Assembly: GCA_938091905.1 (NCBI GenBank)
Contig: CALKOM010000058.1
Span: forward strand, 1 to 46,404
Direction: 5' to 3'
From: an uncultured Verrucomicrobiales bacterium
Lineage (GTDB): Bacteria; Verrucomicrobiota; Verrucomicrobiia; Verrucomicrobiales; DEV007
DNA: 46,404 bases
The notes below the pieces were generated by a model, which had not been told where the DNA came from, ran no database searches, and was given only the letters and a program-made list of their open reading frames with translations. Every line of letters starts with the position of its first letter. Positions within the stretch are counted from its first letter, which is position 1. This document shows, piece by piece, positions 8,700-19,600 of this stretch. A program made the translations under genes and the position numbers.

Positions 8700-11676
8700 G
8701 GTGCAGAGAGATTAAAAATTTGGGAGTTAGAAAGAGTCCTCCTCGGACTTAGCGCGCGCGGGCGATGCGTCAAGAAATGACCTCAAAACCCTGGCGGAAA
8801 GGCCCTTATTCGCGGTCTGAATCGACTGCGAGCGCTGCCTTCGTGAGGGTGAGTTTCGTTTCCAAGACATTGAGGAAGCTCTCTTGGGCAGCTTGGAAAA
8901 TTGAATAGTCACTGGCAGGATAGTCGCCAGCAGCTGTGAAGCATCGGTAGGAGAGGAATGAGCCGTTACCCTGAGAGGCTTCAAAGGCGAAGATATTCTG
9001 TTCAGAGCTTTGCTGGACTTCCCAGGCAGCCTGTTCGGACGGGGCCAGTGCGGTTCCTGATGGAAGAGTCAGGGTCACCGTCCCATGGATTTCGCGATTG
9101 CGGGCGACTCGTATCGGCGATTGGCGTTCAGCAGGGTTGTCATCGGTCGACAGGAGCATGACCTCAATGGGCCATGCCAGTTTTCCTTCTCGGCCTGCCT
9201 CGGATGCGCTGAAGGCGTCAGCAATCTGATAGCTCAGCGTGAGCGTTAAGGGCTGGGATGGCTCGTCAAGGTTGCCGAACTCTACCGACCTCATTCGGAA
9301 GGGACGGGAGGTCCCCAGCTTCTTTTTGAGTGCGCTTTCCCGCTGAGTTGGTGTCATCGAGGCAAACGTTGCTCTGTAGGCTGTGCCGCTGGATCCTGAA
9401 AACGTGGCTACATCTTCGCTATCGAGAGACCCATCTTCATTCACGGTGACTGCGTGATCGATGGTTAAGCGACTATCGATGTCCTCATTGGGAATGGTGC
9501 CTAGTTTGCTAACGCCCTCCTTTAAAATGAGGCAACGTTTTCCGGCTATGGAATCTGCTGAGCGTTCGATGACTGATGCGCGTTTGTTCGTGCAGTCGAT
9601 GTATCGTAGTTTACCGTCGAGCTGAACAGCTAAGATCATGTGGTTAAACTGACCCATGCTTGGAAAACGCTCTTTCAATCCGAGGCGAGAGTGAATGAGG
9701 ACGAGGTGACTTGGGATGCCGACGGACCGGAGAAGCTGGTGAAGTAGGAGCGAGTGATCCTTGCTGTCCCCGTAGCGGTTATGGATAATCTGGCTGCCTT
9801 TGTGCGGCATGAGAGCGCGTTGCCCAAATTCGATGCCTTTGTAAGTGATTGATTTTTGTACATAGCGGGCGAGAGCCTTCACTTTCTCTCGGGGGGCTGT
9901 TGCTGAACCTGTCTCTTGTCGAGCGGTGGCGCGGGTGGATTCGTCAACCTCGAGTCGGTCTCGCAATGCACGGAGGAAAATATTACCCAGGCTGATCCAA
10001 GAATCTTGTGAGGACTCAGCCACAGTGAGGACTGGAACAAAGTGCTCCAAGGGGGCTTGGTAGGCTTCCTGAGTTCGCGGGGGAATATTCTGGCTTGACC
10101 AGACATACGCGCCTTTCTGTTTGGCAAGGGCAATGTTTGAAGTGGTATGATAGTCAAGTGATGAGGTGTCGCCGGTAATGGCTAAGGCGCGGTAAGTGGT
10201 AGGGTAGTGTGAAGCGAAGATCTCGTGATGGAATCCAAAGTTACTGGCTGTTCCTTGCCGTTGCTTGGTCACGGCGATTTCCAGTTCATAGCCGGGTGCG
10301 AGCCCCGGCACAGTCACATGCAGGATCTTTCCGTCCGATGCTATCTCCGTAGCTGGCACGTCTGTAATGAAGGTGTCGTTCACATTGCCCTCGGCGACAA
10401 TCTCGCCCGCGGAATCGCGCACGAAAAGATAGTTTACGCAAATCTCATCAGCGGTCGGGTGAAAGCCGAACTGCAAGGTATCTAGAGCGCTTGCTGCCGA
10501 CTGGTCGAGTAGCTTCACTTTGCGATACTCTGTTGCTCGGTAAGGGTGGCCTTTACGAAAGTCGGCTACCGTAATGTGATAGACCTCATAGACACTTGCA
10601 TGGGTGTCAGGAGCCAGTTGCTTGATCGTCTCCTCGACTATGTCGGGCATGGGGACGGCTTTGACTTTGGCTTTCATCAGGGAGTTGGCACCCTGGCTCG
10701 TAGTGGAAGAAGTGTTGACTAGTGCCGTTTGATACTGGCGATTCAGAGGATCAAGCCGAGCCGCATTGGTGTAGCAGGCCTTGGCGTTTTCGTAGGCCTC
10801 GAGTTGATCGTGGCAGACCCCGCGAATGTATTCTGCTAGTGCCGGATCTTTTACCAATAGATGGGAGTCTGCCAGGGCAAAGGCGTCGGTGCTGCGCTTC
10901 AGGCCGATCAAGGCCCGGACTAGTTCCTTTGCGACCATAGGATCGCTATTGAGGTCTTGATAAAGCGGCTTTAGGATGGTGAGACTGGCCGCGAAGTTGC
11001 CTTTGTTATTGAGGATCAGGCCTTCAAAGAGCGCCTGGAGAAGCGAAGACTCTTTGTCTCCAACGGTGCGGATCAACTCGAGGGCTTCAGCATAGCTTCG
11101 CTTGGAGGGGAGTGCGTTCATTAAACCTAAGAAATGCTCTTGGTCGTGGAAGTCTTGGGCGAACAGTGCTTCATAAAGGCGCTTGCCCTCGGCGACTTGG
11201 CCTGCCTGGAAATGCATTAATGATAGCGATGCGATGGCTTTCACATCATTGTGTTTCTGAACGAGGTCTTGAAAGAAAGCGACGCCTTCAATTGCGCGTC
11301 CGACGCTTGCGAAGGTGTTCACGAGTTGGGTATAGATTTCATAGTAGGCTGGATGAATATCTACAGCGCTTTTGAAATAGTTTAGGGCGAGATCGAGCTC
11401 CTGATTGTATAATTTAAGGACCCCCAACTGATGCATGATGACGCTTTGAGCTCGACGTTGGTCGTAGGAAAGCTCTGCTGGGATTGGGCTCGTGGAAGGT
11501 GATTTGCTTGAGTGCCTTGGGAATTTCGCTAGTAGCGACCTTATTGAATGCCGGAGACCAACCTCTTGCCAAGTAGGCACTATTCCCTCGAAGAATAACC
11601 TGAACTTGATATTGTAGACGCTCGCGTCCTTCTACTCGTTGATGTATCACCTGTCGGCCTTGCCCATTGGCCATGA

Positions 11677-11718
11677 TGACGTCTTCGACCTGTAGATTGA
11701 CGTCTTCGACCTGTAGAT
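11677..11718. repeat. Perfect 21-bp tandem duplication (in frame, LQVEDVN-LQVEDV)
   Basis: TGACGTCTTCGACCTGTAGAT x2. Confidence 0.95.
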
Positions 11719-12844
11719 CGTCTGTTGGATAGCGAATGCCAAGGGAACCGAGGAGGGCAGTGGTGAGATCATCGAGGTTGGGTGCTTCGCCAGGAAAATG
11801 TATCGGCATGACACCGAAGATACTTCCTTGGGAAGATTGTGTGGCCATGTGCGCACCGGGAAACTCGAATTCGCGCAATCGCCAAGGTTCCCAGAAATGG
11901 TCGTTGAGACTAACGGAATAACTGTAGCGTGAGGAGGCGAACGCGTCCACCTTGTAATCTTCCTTTAAAGAAAGCACTCGTTGATGGTCTATGAGATCGA
12001 AATGGCGGAGCATCGCCAATGCTTTCGCTTCGATGGGAGCTTCATGATTGCCATCGCCTTCTCCAAAGGTGATCAACTGGTAAAAGAAGCCCTGGTGAAA
12101 AGTGCTGATGTTCACGATGTAGCGCTTGGCATTGTCCATGCGTGCGCGGGCATCAAAGCGATTGAAGCTCATACCTTTACTGTCGAGCTTCCCTCTGTTC
12201 TCAAACTGTAAGTGTGGGGTGAACGTTAGCATGTGGCGCTTCACGACCTCTTGGAGATCTTTCTCGGTGTAGGAGCCATCCTCGCCGAGAGCTTCTCCAA
12301 TGATAACGAACACACAATCACCTTCAGCATGCTCTAAGATTACCTGGGCTTCCGGGACTTGGTCACTTGAGCTTATCGACCAGTCCTTACCGGGAGCTTT
12401 GAAAATGAAGTTTTCTGCTGGGAATTCGTGATGACGGGGACGCTTTCGTTCTAGATTAAGCTTCTCCAGCGCTCTGGGCAATTCACTCTCAGCAACGGCA
12501 GGTGTGGCCATTTCGGGTGGTTCTTCTGTCGTTTTCCCGAGGTGAACGGGACTGAGTTCGCTCTCTATTTGGCGGGCTAGTCTCTTGTTGTGCTGTTGGA
12601 GAAAGATAATACCCCGATGATGAAAAGCAGCGTGATGAAGGCAGGCACTGCGAATTCGATGAGCGGACTGCTCCGACGGGCACGTCCTACCGGACGATCT
12701 GGCGGTGCTAGCTTTACCGTCACACTCTGGTTCGGATCAGAAGAGACCGACTGGCTATCATCCCAGGGCATGGGTTCTGGAGCCGACGCGTTTGGATTGC
12801 TACTGAAGCTTTGCTCCTTGTGTGGTGGATCGATGAGCGGAAGC

Positions 12845-12960
12845 TCATCGTTGCCAGGGCTAGCTACAGTTTCCGCTAGATTGGGAGGAAGAGGAGGCAA
12901 CGTGTCATTGCCAGGGAAAGGCGTTGCTTTCGCTACATTAGGAGGAAGGGGAGGCAAGAC
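12845..12960 (-). repeat. Degenerate 57-bp (19-aa) Pro-rich repeat
   Basis: LPPLPPNVAKATPFPGNDT / LPPLPPNLAETVASPGNDE. Confidence 0.8.
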
Positions 12961-13592
12961 GTCAGTGCCCGTGCTAGGCGCTGGCTCTGAGTGATCTTCA
13001 GGAATTGGAGGAATTTCGTTTCCCGAGTTAGTCTCAACGATACCAGGTGTCGAAGGAGGGGGGATAGCGAGAGGTCGACACCCACGGAGACTTTTACAAC
13101 CGGCGTGGCTGTTTCAGGTTGGGCTTTCAGCCTCGATTCGGTTAAGGTCTCCTCTGGGGGTGTCTGGATGACGCTTGGTGTGGTGAGGCCAGGGAAAGGA
13201 ATGGATGGTGTTTCCTCTTCAATCAGCGTCGCTTTGGCAACGGCTGACCTCGACCGTTGGTGCTGGCTCCTTCGCTGCTGGTTCGTCCTCGAGAACTAGG
13301 GTGAGAGGAAGAGCGCCGATGCGGATGTTGTCTCCAGATGTGAGATTTGCGATGGTGGCAACTGACTTGTCATTGACCAGTGTTTGGAAGGCATCGCCCC
13401 GACGTGCTTGATGACATACCCTCCTAGCAAGGGGTGAAGCTCAGCATGGACTTTGGCGATACCAAGGCCGGCCGTTAAAGTGACATCGACACCCGGACCT
13501 TCTCCCAAGGTGACTTTGCCCGAGTGGAACTCTGTGGAATGCCCTCTTGCAGCAATGAGACGTGCCATATGTTAATGTTTGAAGTCTCATTT

Positions 13593-13611
13593 GATTATGA
13601 AAATCATTATT
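13593..13611. promoter_or_regulatory. Fur-family box candidate
   Basis: GATTATGAAAATCATTATT matches 16/19 of GATAATGATAATCATTATC; lies in the 63-bp AT-rich gap, 24 bp upstream of ATG 13568. Confidence 0.6.
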
Positions 13612-13631
13612 ATCAAGTTAAATGGATAACT

Positions 13632-14594
13632 TTAGCTACTACTTTCAGGAGGAAGGAGTCCAAGATTTGCCAGCACGGCCATGATGGTGCCGAGGGAGTT
13701 TCCTTCTAGCCGGTTGTTTACGTAGAGGACCGAGGGCTTCTTGCCCGCCTGCTCAATGGCACGTTTGGCTAAGTCCGAGGCGGCTTGACGGGCATCCGCA
13801 TCCACTTGCTGGACCTGATCGTACGGACTAAAGGAATCGACAGCCTCCTGATACTTCCGACCAGGGGTGAGAAGGAACCGAGCTCCGGTGAAACTAGTTG
13901 TGAACGAGTCGTCGAGCTGGAGCTGGGCACTCACCGGGGGCATGCGCTGCCATTGATTGTAGATATGAGCTACTCCGTGTTTAGCCAATACCGCGAAGTA
14001 GTCATGGTGAAGGAAGCTTTCGTTCCGAATCTCGACCCCGTACTGCCAATCGCTCGGAAGCTGTGAGAGAAAGGTGTCGAGAGCAGCAATGAAGTCGCGA
14101 CCGCGTTTAAAGTCCTTCTTGTAGAAGTGTGAGAACTCAAAGATGAGCACGCTCACTTTCTCTCGAACAGCCCTAAGGGGTCCAAGAAACGCACTTTGAA
14201 ACAAGGTCGCGTTGAGGAAATTCCCGTTGAGCTGACCAGCACGCGACCCATAGCGGGGGAGTCGTGTGAATTGCTTGGTCGTGATTTCTTCTGTGACTTT
14301 GAATGAGAAACGAAAGTCATCTGGAACTTGAGCTGCTAGAAATTCGATCGTTTTGGGTTGCGGAAATTGATAGTATCCTGCATCGACACAGACGGTCTTG
14401 AAGACCTCGGCGTACTCGCTGAGGCAATTCTTTTCAAATCGTGTCTTGGCGACCTTTCCTCGATAGAGGTACCTTTGTTCCTCGTAGAGTTGACCGATCC
14501 ATCCGGGGTACTTCCAAGAAGACGTTCCTAGATAGACTTGGCTCTCGGCTAGTTTGGCTAACGCCGCTGCGCACGTCTTTCTGTCAAACACCAT
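13632..14594 (-). CDS. DUF72 domain-containing protein
   Basis: YLGTSSWKYPGW, EYAEVFKTVCVDAGYY, FRFSFKV, VEIRN and YVNNRLEG motifs; start overlaps the metX stop. Confidence 0.92.
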   Translation of the reverse strand: MVFDRKTCAAALAKLAESQVYLGTSSWKYPGWIGQLYEEQRYLYRGKVAKTRFEKNCLSEYAEVFKTVCVDAGYYQFPQPKTIEFLAAQVPDDFRFSFKVTEEITTKQFTRLPRYGSRAGQLNGNFLNATLFQSAFLGPLRAVREKVSVLIFEFSHFYKKDFKRGRDFIAALDTFLSQLPSDWQYGVEIRNESFLHHDYFAVLAKHGVAHIYNQWQRMPPVSAQLQLDDSFTTSFTGARFLLTPGRKYQEAVDSFSPYDQVQQVDADARQAASDLAKRAIEQAGKKPSVLYVNNRLEGNSLGTIMAVLANLGLLPPESSS

Positions 14595-15732
14595 TGAGGG
14601 TGTAATGCAAGTGCGGCGTGTAGAGTTCGGGCTCTAATAGGAATGAGTCGTGTCCTTTCTCTGAATGCACGGTGATGTACATCGTATTGACGCCAGCATC
14701 CTGGAGCTGGGAGACGAGTTGGCGCTGTTGGTCTGGGTAGAAACAGACATCGCTGCTGATGCTGAATACCAAGTATTTTTGGTGTTTGCACCGTGCGAAG
14801 GTGTCAGCATGAGAGTCCGAGCCGACTTGCTTGAGGATGTCGAACTTCTGCCAGACATCGAGGATACGGAGATAAGTGTTCGCATCAAAGCGGGTCACGA
14901 ACTTGTTTCCCTGATGAAGCATGTAAGATTCCAAAGGACTCTCAATCTGATACCATGAGAGTTGCTCTTCTTTCTGCCTGATGATCTCCCGGCGGGCGCG
15001 GCGCTGGATGGTTCGCAGCGAAATGAACGTCTTGTGGCTGATCATACGTGCTAAGGCCAAGCCTCGGGCAGGAGCCTCACCGTTGTAATAATCTCCGCCG
15101 TTGAAATTTGGATCGTTCTCAATTGCTAACACTTGCTCCAAAATGAGCAGATGTTGCAAATGGCTTACTTCGAGGGCCGTGGCTACAGGTATGACGATAG
15201 AAACTCTGTCAGGATAGCGCGTGGCAAGATTAAGTGCGAGCAATCCTCCTACGGAGTTGCCGATGACGGCATGAAGTTGTTTGACTCCTAAGTGATCGAG
15301 CAAGGCGAGCTGGCTATCCACAATGTCAGAGGCATTGACCTGAGGAAAGTTGGCTCCATAGGGCTGGCCGGTATCGGGATTGAGGGAGGCTGGTCCCGTG
15401 GAACCGTAGCATCCTCCCAGATAGTTAATGCATATTACGCAGAAGCGTTCTGTATTCACGGCTTTTCCGGGCCCGACAAAGTCATGCCACCAACCCGGAT
15501 GGCATTCGCGAGTCCAAAGCTTGCCGATCACACCATCCGGATCAGTATTTTCACCAGAGGCGTGTTGGCTTCCGGACAGGGCGTGAAACAAGAGAACGAC
15601 ATTGTCTTTGGCCTCATTCATTTCCCCGTATATCTCATACGCGAGCTGAAACTCTGCTAGATGACCGCCGCCACTCAAGTTGAAGGCTGAGTTGTGATGG
15701 TAAAACAGGGTCTTGGTCGAGGCGTTGCCCAT
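14584..15732 (-). CDS. metX: Homoserine O-acetyltransferase (MetX, alpha/beta hydrolase fold)
   Basis: FHALSG, LGGCYGSTGP, nucleophile GNSVGG, RFDANTY, GHDSFLLE. Start is ATG 15732 or GTG 15759. Confidence 0.93.
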   Translation of the reverse strand: MGNASTKTLFYHHNSAFNLSGGGHLAEFQLAYEIYGEMNEAKDNVVLLFHALSGSQHASGENTDPDGVIGKLWTRECHPGWWHDFVGPGKAVNTERFCVICINYLGGCYGSTGPASLNPDTGQPYGANFPQVNASDIVDSQLALLDHLGVKQLHAVIGNSVGGLLALNLATRYPDRVSIVIPVATALEVSHLQHLLILEQVLAIENDPNFNGGDYYNGEAPARGLALARMISHKTFISLRTIQRRARREIIRQKEEQLSWYQIESPLESYMLHQGNKFVTRFDANTYLRILDVWQKFDILKQVGSDSHADTFARCKHQKYLVFSISSDVCFYPDQQRQLVSQLQDAGVNTMYITVHSEKGHDSFLLEPELYTPHLHYTLNGV

Positions 15733-15798
15733 ATCAGGGTTATCAAGTCGCGAATCCACGTGGTGAGCAACTGAAATCTTGTTTCTAGAACCCGTGGA

Positions 15799-16494
15799 TC
15801 AGGCAATAGGATAGACGCGTTTTGAGCGGGTATCGATGTAGGAGAACTGGGTTCCATCTAGCATTCCAACATAATGCCCGAAAGTGTCCAGCCCGGCGTT
15901 GAACCGATCACCTGATCTTCGGATGCGGATCTTTGGGTCTGGCGTGTGGCCCACCACTTGATTAAATTCTTCCAGAACGGTCATTTCCCACCATCTGAGC
16001 CAGGTCAGCCCGCTCAAATCCAGGACGGGATCCCGCAGGCCCGCGCGGGCGTTCGTCATTGCTTTCTGGCAGAGGCTTTCGAGACGCGGAACGGTGATTC
16101 CGTCGATCGGATGGGCAAAGATCGTGGGATCTAGTCCCGCATGGGTGAAGAGCGTCTCGCCTTCCGCATGAAATAGTTTCAGTTGGTCCCAGTCTTGGCC
16201 GGTCAGGATGGTTGAGATGAGGACCTCTTTCTCCTCTGAGAATCCCGAGCAGCGCAGGTGCCTGCTCATTGGAAATGCATAGGCCAAGTCGTGATTTCCC
16301 CAAAGGTGAATTCGATTGGGTTGCCGGAGCGAGGCCTTGAGCCATCGGGCGGTGGCTTCAGCCGTCTCTGCGGTGTCATCAAAGCTATCGAAATAGTCTC
16401 CAAGAAAGAGTATTCGGTCGGCTGGAAACTCAGCAATCCACCGGTCCGCAGAGGTGAGATGATTGTGAATATCTGGAATGACGAGCGTGCGCAT
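15799..16494 (-). CDS. Calcineurin-like metallophosphoesterase
   Basis: PDIH, LGDYFD, GNHD, THAG and VVGHT motifs. True start is ATG 16494 (MRTLVIPDIH), not 16818. Confidence 0.92.
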   Translation of the reverse strand: MRTLVIPDIHNHLTSADRWIAEFPADRILFLGDYFDSFDDTAETAEATARWLKASLRQPNRIHLWGNHDLAYAFPMSRHLRCSGFSEEKEVLISTILTGQDWDQLKLFHAEGETLFTHAGLDPTIFAHPIDGITVPRLESLCQKAMTNARAGLRDPVLDLSGLTWLRWWEMTVLEEFNQVVGHTPDPKIRIRRSGDRFNAGLDTFGHYVGMLDGTQFSYIDTRSKRVYPIA

Positions 16495-16636
16495 GATTAT
16501 GCACTTTAGGCGGTCTCCAAGGAGGGGCGAGCAGCAGTGTAGATGGGGAAGATCGCTCGATTCAACGCTTGCTCCGAGCCGTCCCCGCGCTTCCTTTTTC
16601 CGCGTCTGTGTGGCGTGCCATCGGACTGCCGTTTCC

Positions 16637-19600
16637 ATGACCCTCGCTGTTCCCGTTCCCACTCGTTTCTTGTTCGTGTTCTTGCTGCCGTTGGTTGCCG
16701 GTTGGGGGGGCGAATTGACTGCCCAAGAGAGGGCAGGCGAATCCACGAATGGAGCGCCTGGGGCGGTTGAGGTGCCTTTGCCCGCGACGACCTGGATCGC
16801 TCCCAGTGGGCGCAGCATTGCCAGCCAGCTTCAGGAGATGGTTTCAAGTTTGGATCGTTCGAAGAAGTATGACAAGATTGAGTCGCTGGTGGAGCGAACG
16901 CTCAGTTTGCATCCGAATGATTGGCGAGTGGTCTTTCAAGGAGCGCGCATTTATGCCCAGCTAGAGCGCTCGGGCTATTGGATCAATGGCGGCTTTCGTC
17001 GGGGCGACATGGATAAGCCACCGAAAGGAGCCCGGCGGGTGCATTCGCACAGACGCGATCATGCTCGCGCTTTGCAGCTACTTGATAGGGCAATTCGCTT
17101 GGCGAGTATGGATGGCTCGACGATTGACAAAGCGTCTTTTTACTGGGAAGCCGCACAAATTCTGATCGGCGACAAAGGGTATGTTAGATTGTATGAGCTA
17201 AGTGATCTTACAAAGCTCCCAACCTTGGAATTTCACGAGCCCAAGATCTTGGATCGTGAGTCGGTTCCCCTATCCAGTGATGGGGCACCGCAGTTTTTCG
17301 TCACGCCGCTCAGTTGGGAGGAGGCGCGAAATGATGGAGAGCGACTACTCTGGTTGCTCTCGAGGGCCCGTGTTTTGAGTGACGAGTATGAGGCGGAGGC
17401 TGAATTCATTGAATCGGTATATTTGCACAAAGCCTATTTGGGCGTGCAGACGGTGACGGAAAACCCTGCTTACAATCCTCAGGCCCGTCGTTACCTGGAT
17501 GGTAGGGAGGAAACGAATGGAATTATCTCGGCGGTGGATCTGTTGAGTAAGACGGAGTCTGTTGCCATGGTCGGTGGCCAAGTCAGGAAGATTGAGCTGC
17601 CCGAGGACTACAACTTCATTGCTAGACTTGAGAGAATCTCGCGCAATCCGCGCTACCGAGATTACGGAATGCTAGCACTCGAAGAACTCGCAGAGATATT
17701 CGAGAATCGACGTCAATATGGACGGGCGGCGCAGTATTGGAAGCTGCTCGTTCAGCAGACTGATGGGCGCTCGATGAAGGACTCGGGTTCTGATAACGGA
17801 AAGGCGGCACCGGTGCCGAGCTGGGAGGAGGCGCGACTGAACCAAATTGTGAAGAGTTGGGGGCGGTTTGAGGATGTTCAGCCAGTTCAGGTGGGAGAGC
17901 CTCTGAATTTGGCGTATTGGTATCGCAATGGGCGACAGGTGGCCTTCACAGCTCACCGTGTTGATGTGACTGCGCTTGTGGCGGATTTGTTAGACTATCT
18001 GAAGAGTGATCCATTTCCTATCGATCCCAATAGGATTAGTGTTTCAAAGTTGGGATTGAACATTGTGCGTGAAGGAGGGGATCGCTATCTCAAAGAGAAG
18101 GTTAGTGAATGGAGCCAAGCACTTGAGCCGTCTGATAAGCACTGGGATCACCGGATTGAAGTGCCTGTGCCGATGGATGTGCCCGGAGCGTACCTCGTCG
18201 AGGCGACCATCGATGGAGGGCACCGGTCTAGTGTGCTCGTTTGGATCAATGATATGGCGATCCTCCGGCGGCCATTGGAGGATGGGCTCTTTTACTATGT
18301 GGCCGATAAAAAGAACGGCACTCCCGTGGGCTGGGCGAAGTTCACCTTCGTAGGGTATCGTTTGAGCTTGGTCAATCAACGGGCAGAGCCGGAGTTAGAT
18401 GTTCACGGGGAGGAGGTTCCGGAGGCTTTGAGGCGTCAGTACCATGTGTTGACGAAGGAGATTACAAAGTGGGCAGATGCCAAGGGGCAGCTCACTTTGG
18501 ATGATGCATTGCTTGAGCCGGACTACCGGTGGTTCTTACTGACAACGGCGCCTGGTGATCGTGCGGCTGTGCTAGGATTTTCTGATTTGAAGCCGACAGG
18601 CTTAGCCCCCAGGGTCGATGGTGCCATGGTGCGTCAGGTCGTTGTGACGGATAAAGAGATTTATATGCCGGGCCAGCCTTGTCATTTTAAGGGCTGGGTC
18701 CGTCGGCAAGACGACAATAGCAAAGTCCTTCGATATAGTGCTCCTGCCGACGTTCCAGTCATTGCTGCACTGGTAAACGCTCGGAACGAAGTCATTGACG
18801 ACTTGGCCTTGACTACGTCGGCTCAAGCAAGTTTTGATGGCTCCTTCACGTTGCCCAATGACCTCAATGAGGGAACTTATCGTGTTGTCACACAGTGTGA
18901 GGGGGGCGAGCAAGAAGTTTCGATTCAAGTCGCACCGCCCGCCTTGCCACCAATGACACTTCACGTGGAGTCTGAGGCAAAGCAATTGATCAGAGGCGAA
19001 ACTTGGAGGCTTAAAGTGAAAGCGGAAGATGCTGCCGGTAAGTGGTTGGCGTTTGCTCCACTGAAGTATCGAGTTGTGCGAAGGCCTCACAAGCCTACAT
19101 GGAATCGCGACTTACGACACGAATGGTTGTATGGAGATCGCTACGACTTTGGATCGCCTCCCTATCGCTGGTTTCGCGGTTGGAAATACTGGGGATGGGA
19201 TTGGACAGTGACGGATGGAGTCGAGGACACGCTAGTGCTGGAGGGGGATGCCACGACTTCAAAGGATGGCACCGCTTTTATCTCCGTGCCTACGGAAGCC
19301 ATGCGGGAAGAGTTCCTGGTCGAAGAAGACTTCGAGATTCAAGTGCGGGCTGCTGAACATCCCTCCATGGAGCAGACCACCGCCTCTGTACCGGTCAGTG
19401 AGCGATCTTATCGGGTCTACACAAAGGTGGATCGCCCTTATTATCATGTGAATGACCAGGTGCATGTAAAGTCTTGGGCCCGTCGTTACGATGGTAGTAC
19501 AGTCACAGGCAAAGGTCAGCTGATCCTTTATAAAATCAAATGGGATCCAACTGGGAAACCGCTAGAGTCTGGCTGGAAGAAATGGATGAATCCTGGCAAA

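Larger units (their letters stand above)
8806..13568 (-). pseudogene. Frameshifted ~1,590-aa gene: FHA / Pro-rich linker / TM / two PsbP-DcrB-like domains / TPR / DUF3857 / transglutaminase-like
   Basis: ORFs 13296-13568, 12577-12957, 11414-12511 and 8806-11580 join into one protein through five frame changes near 13400, 13250, 13060, 12600 and 11480. The second half of the FHA domain (TLVNDKSV...LTSGDNIRIG) is in a shifted frame. Transglutaminase-like motifs YGDSKD, FNHMI, YIDCT. Confidence 0.8.

Noticed and set aside
16495..16818. Apparent head-to-head overlap of the phosphoesterase and A2M ORFs
   Set aside because: Artefact of longest-ORF starts; motif-based starts (16494 and 16637) leave a normal 142-bp divergent gap.
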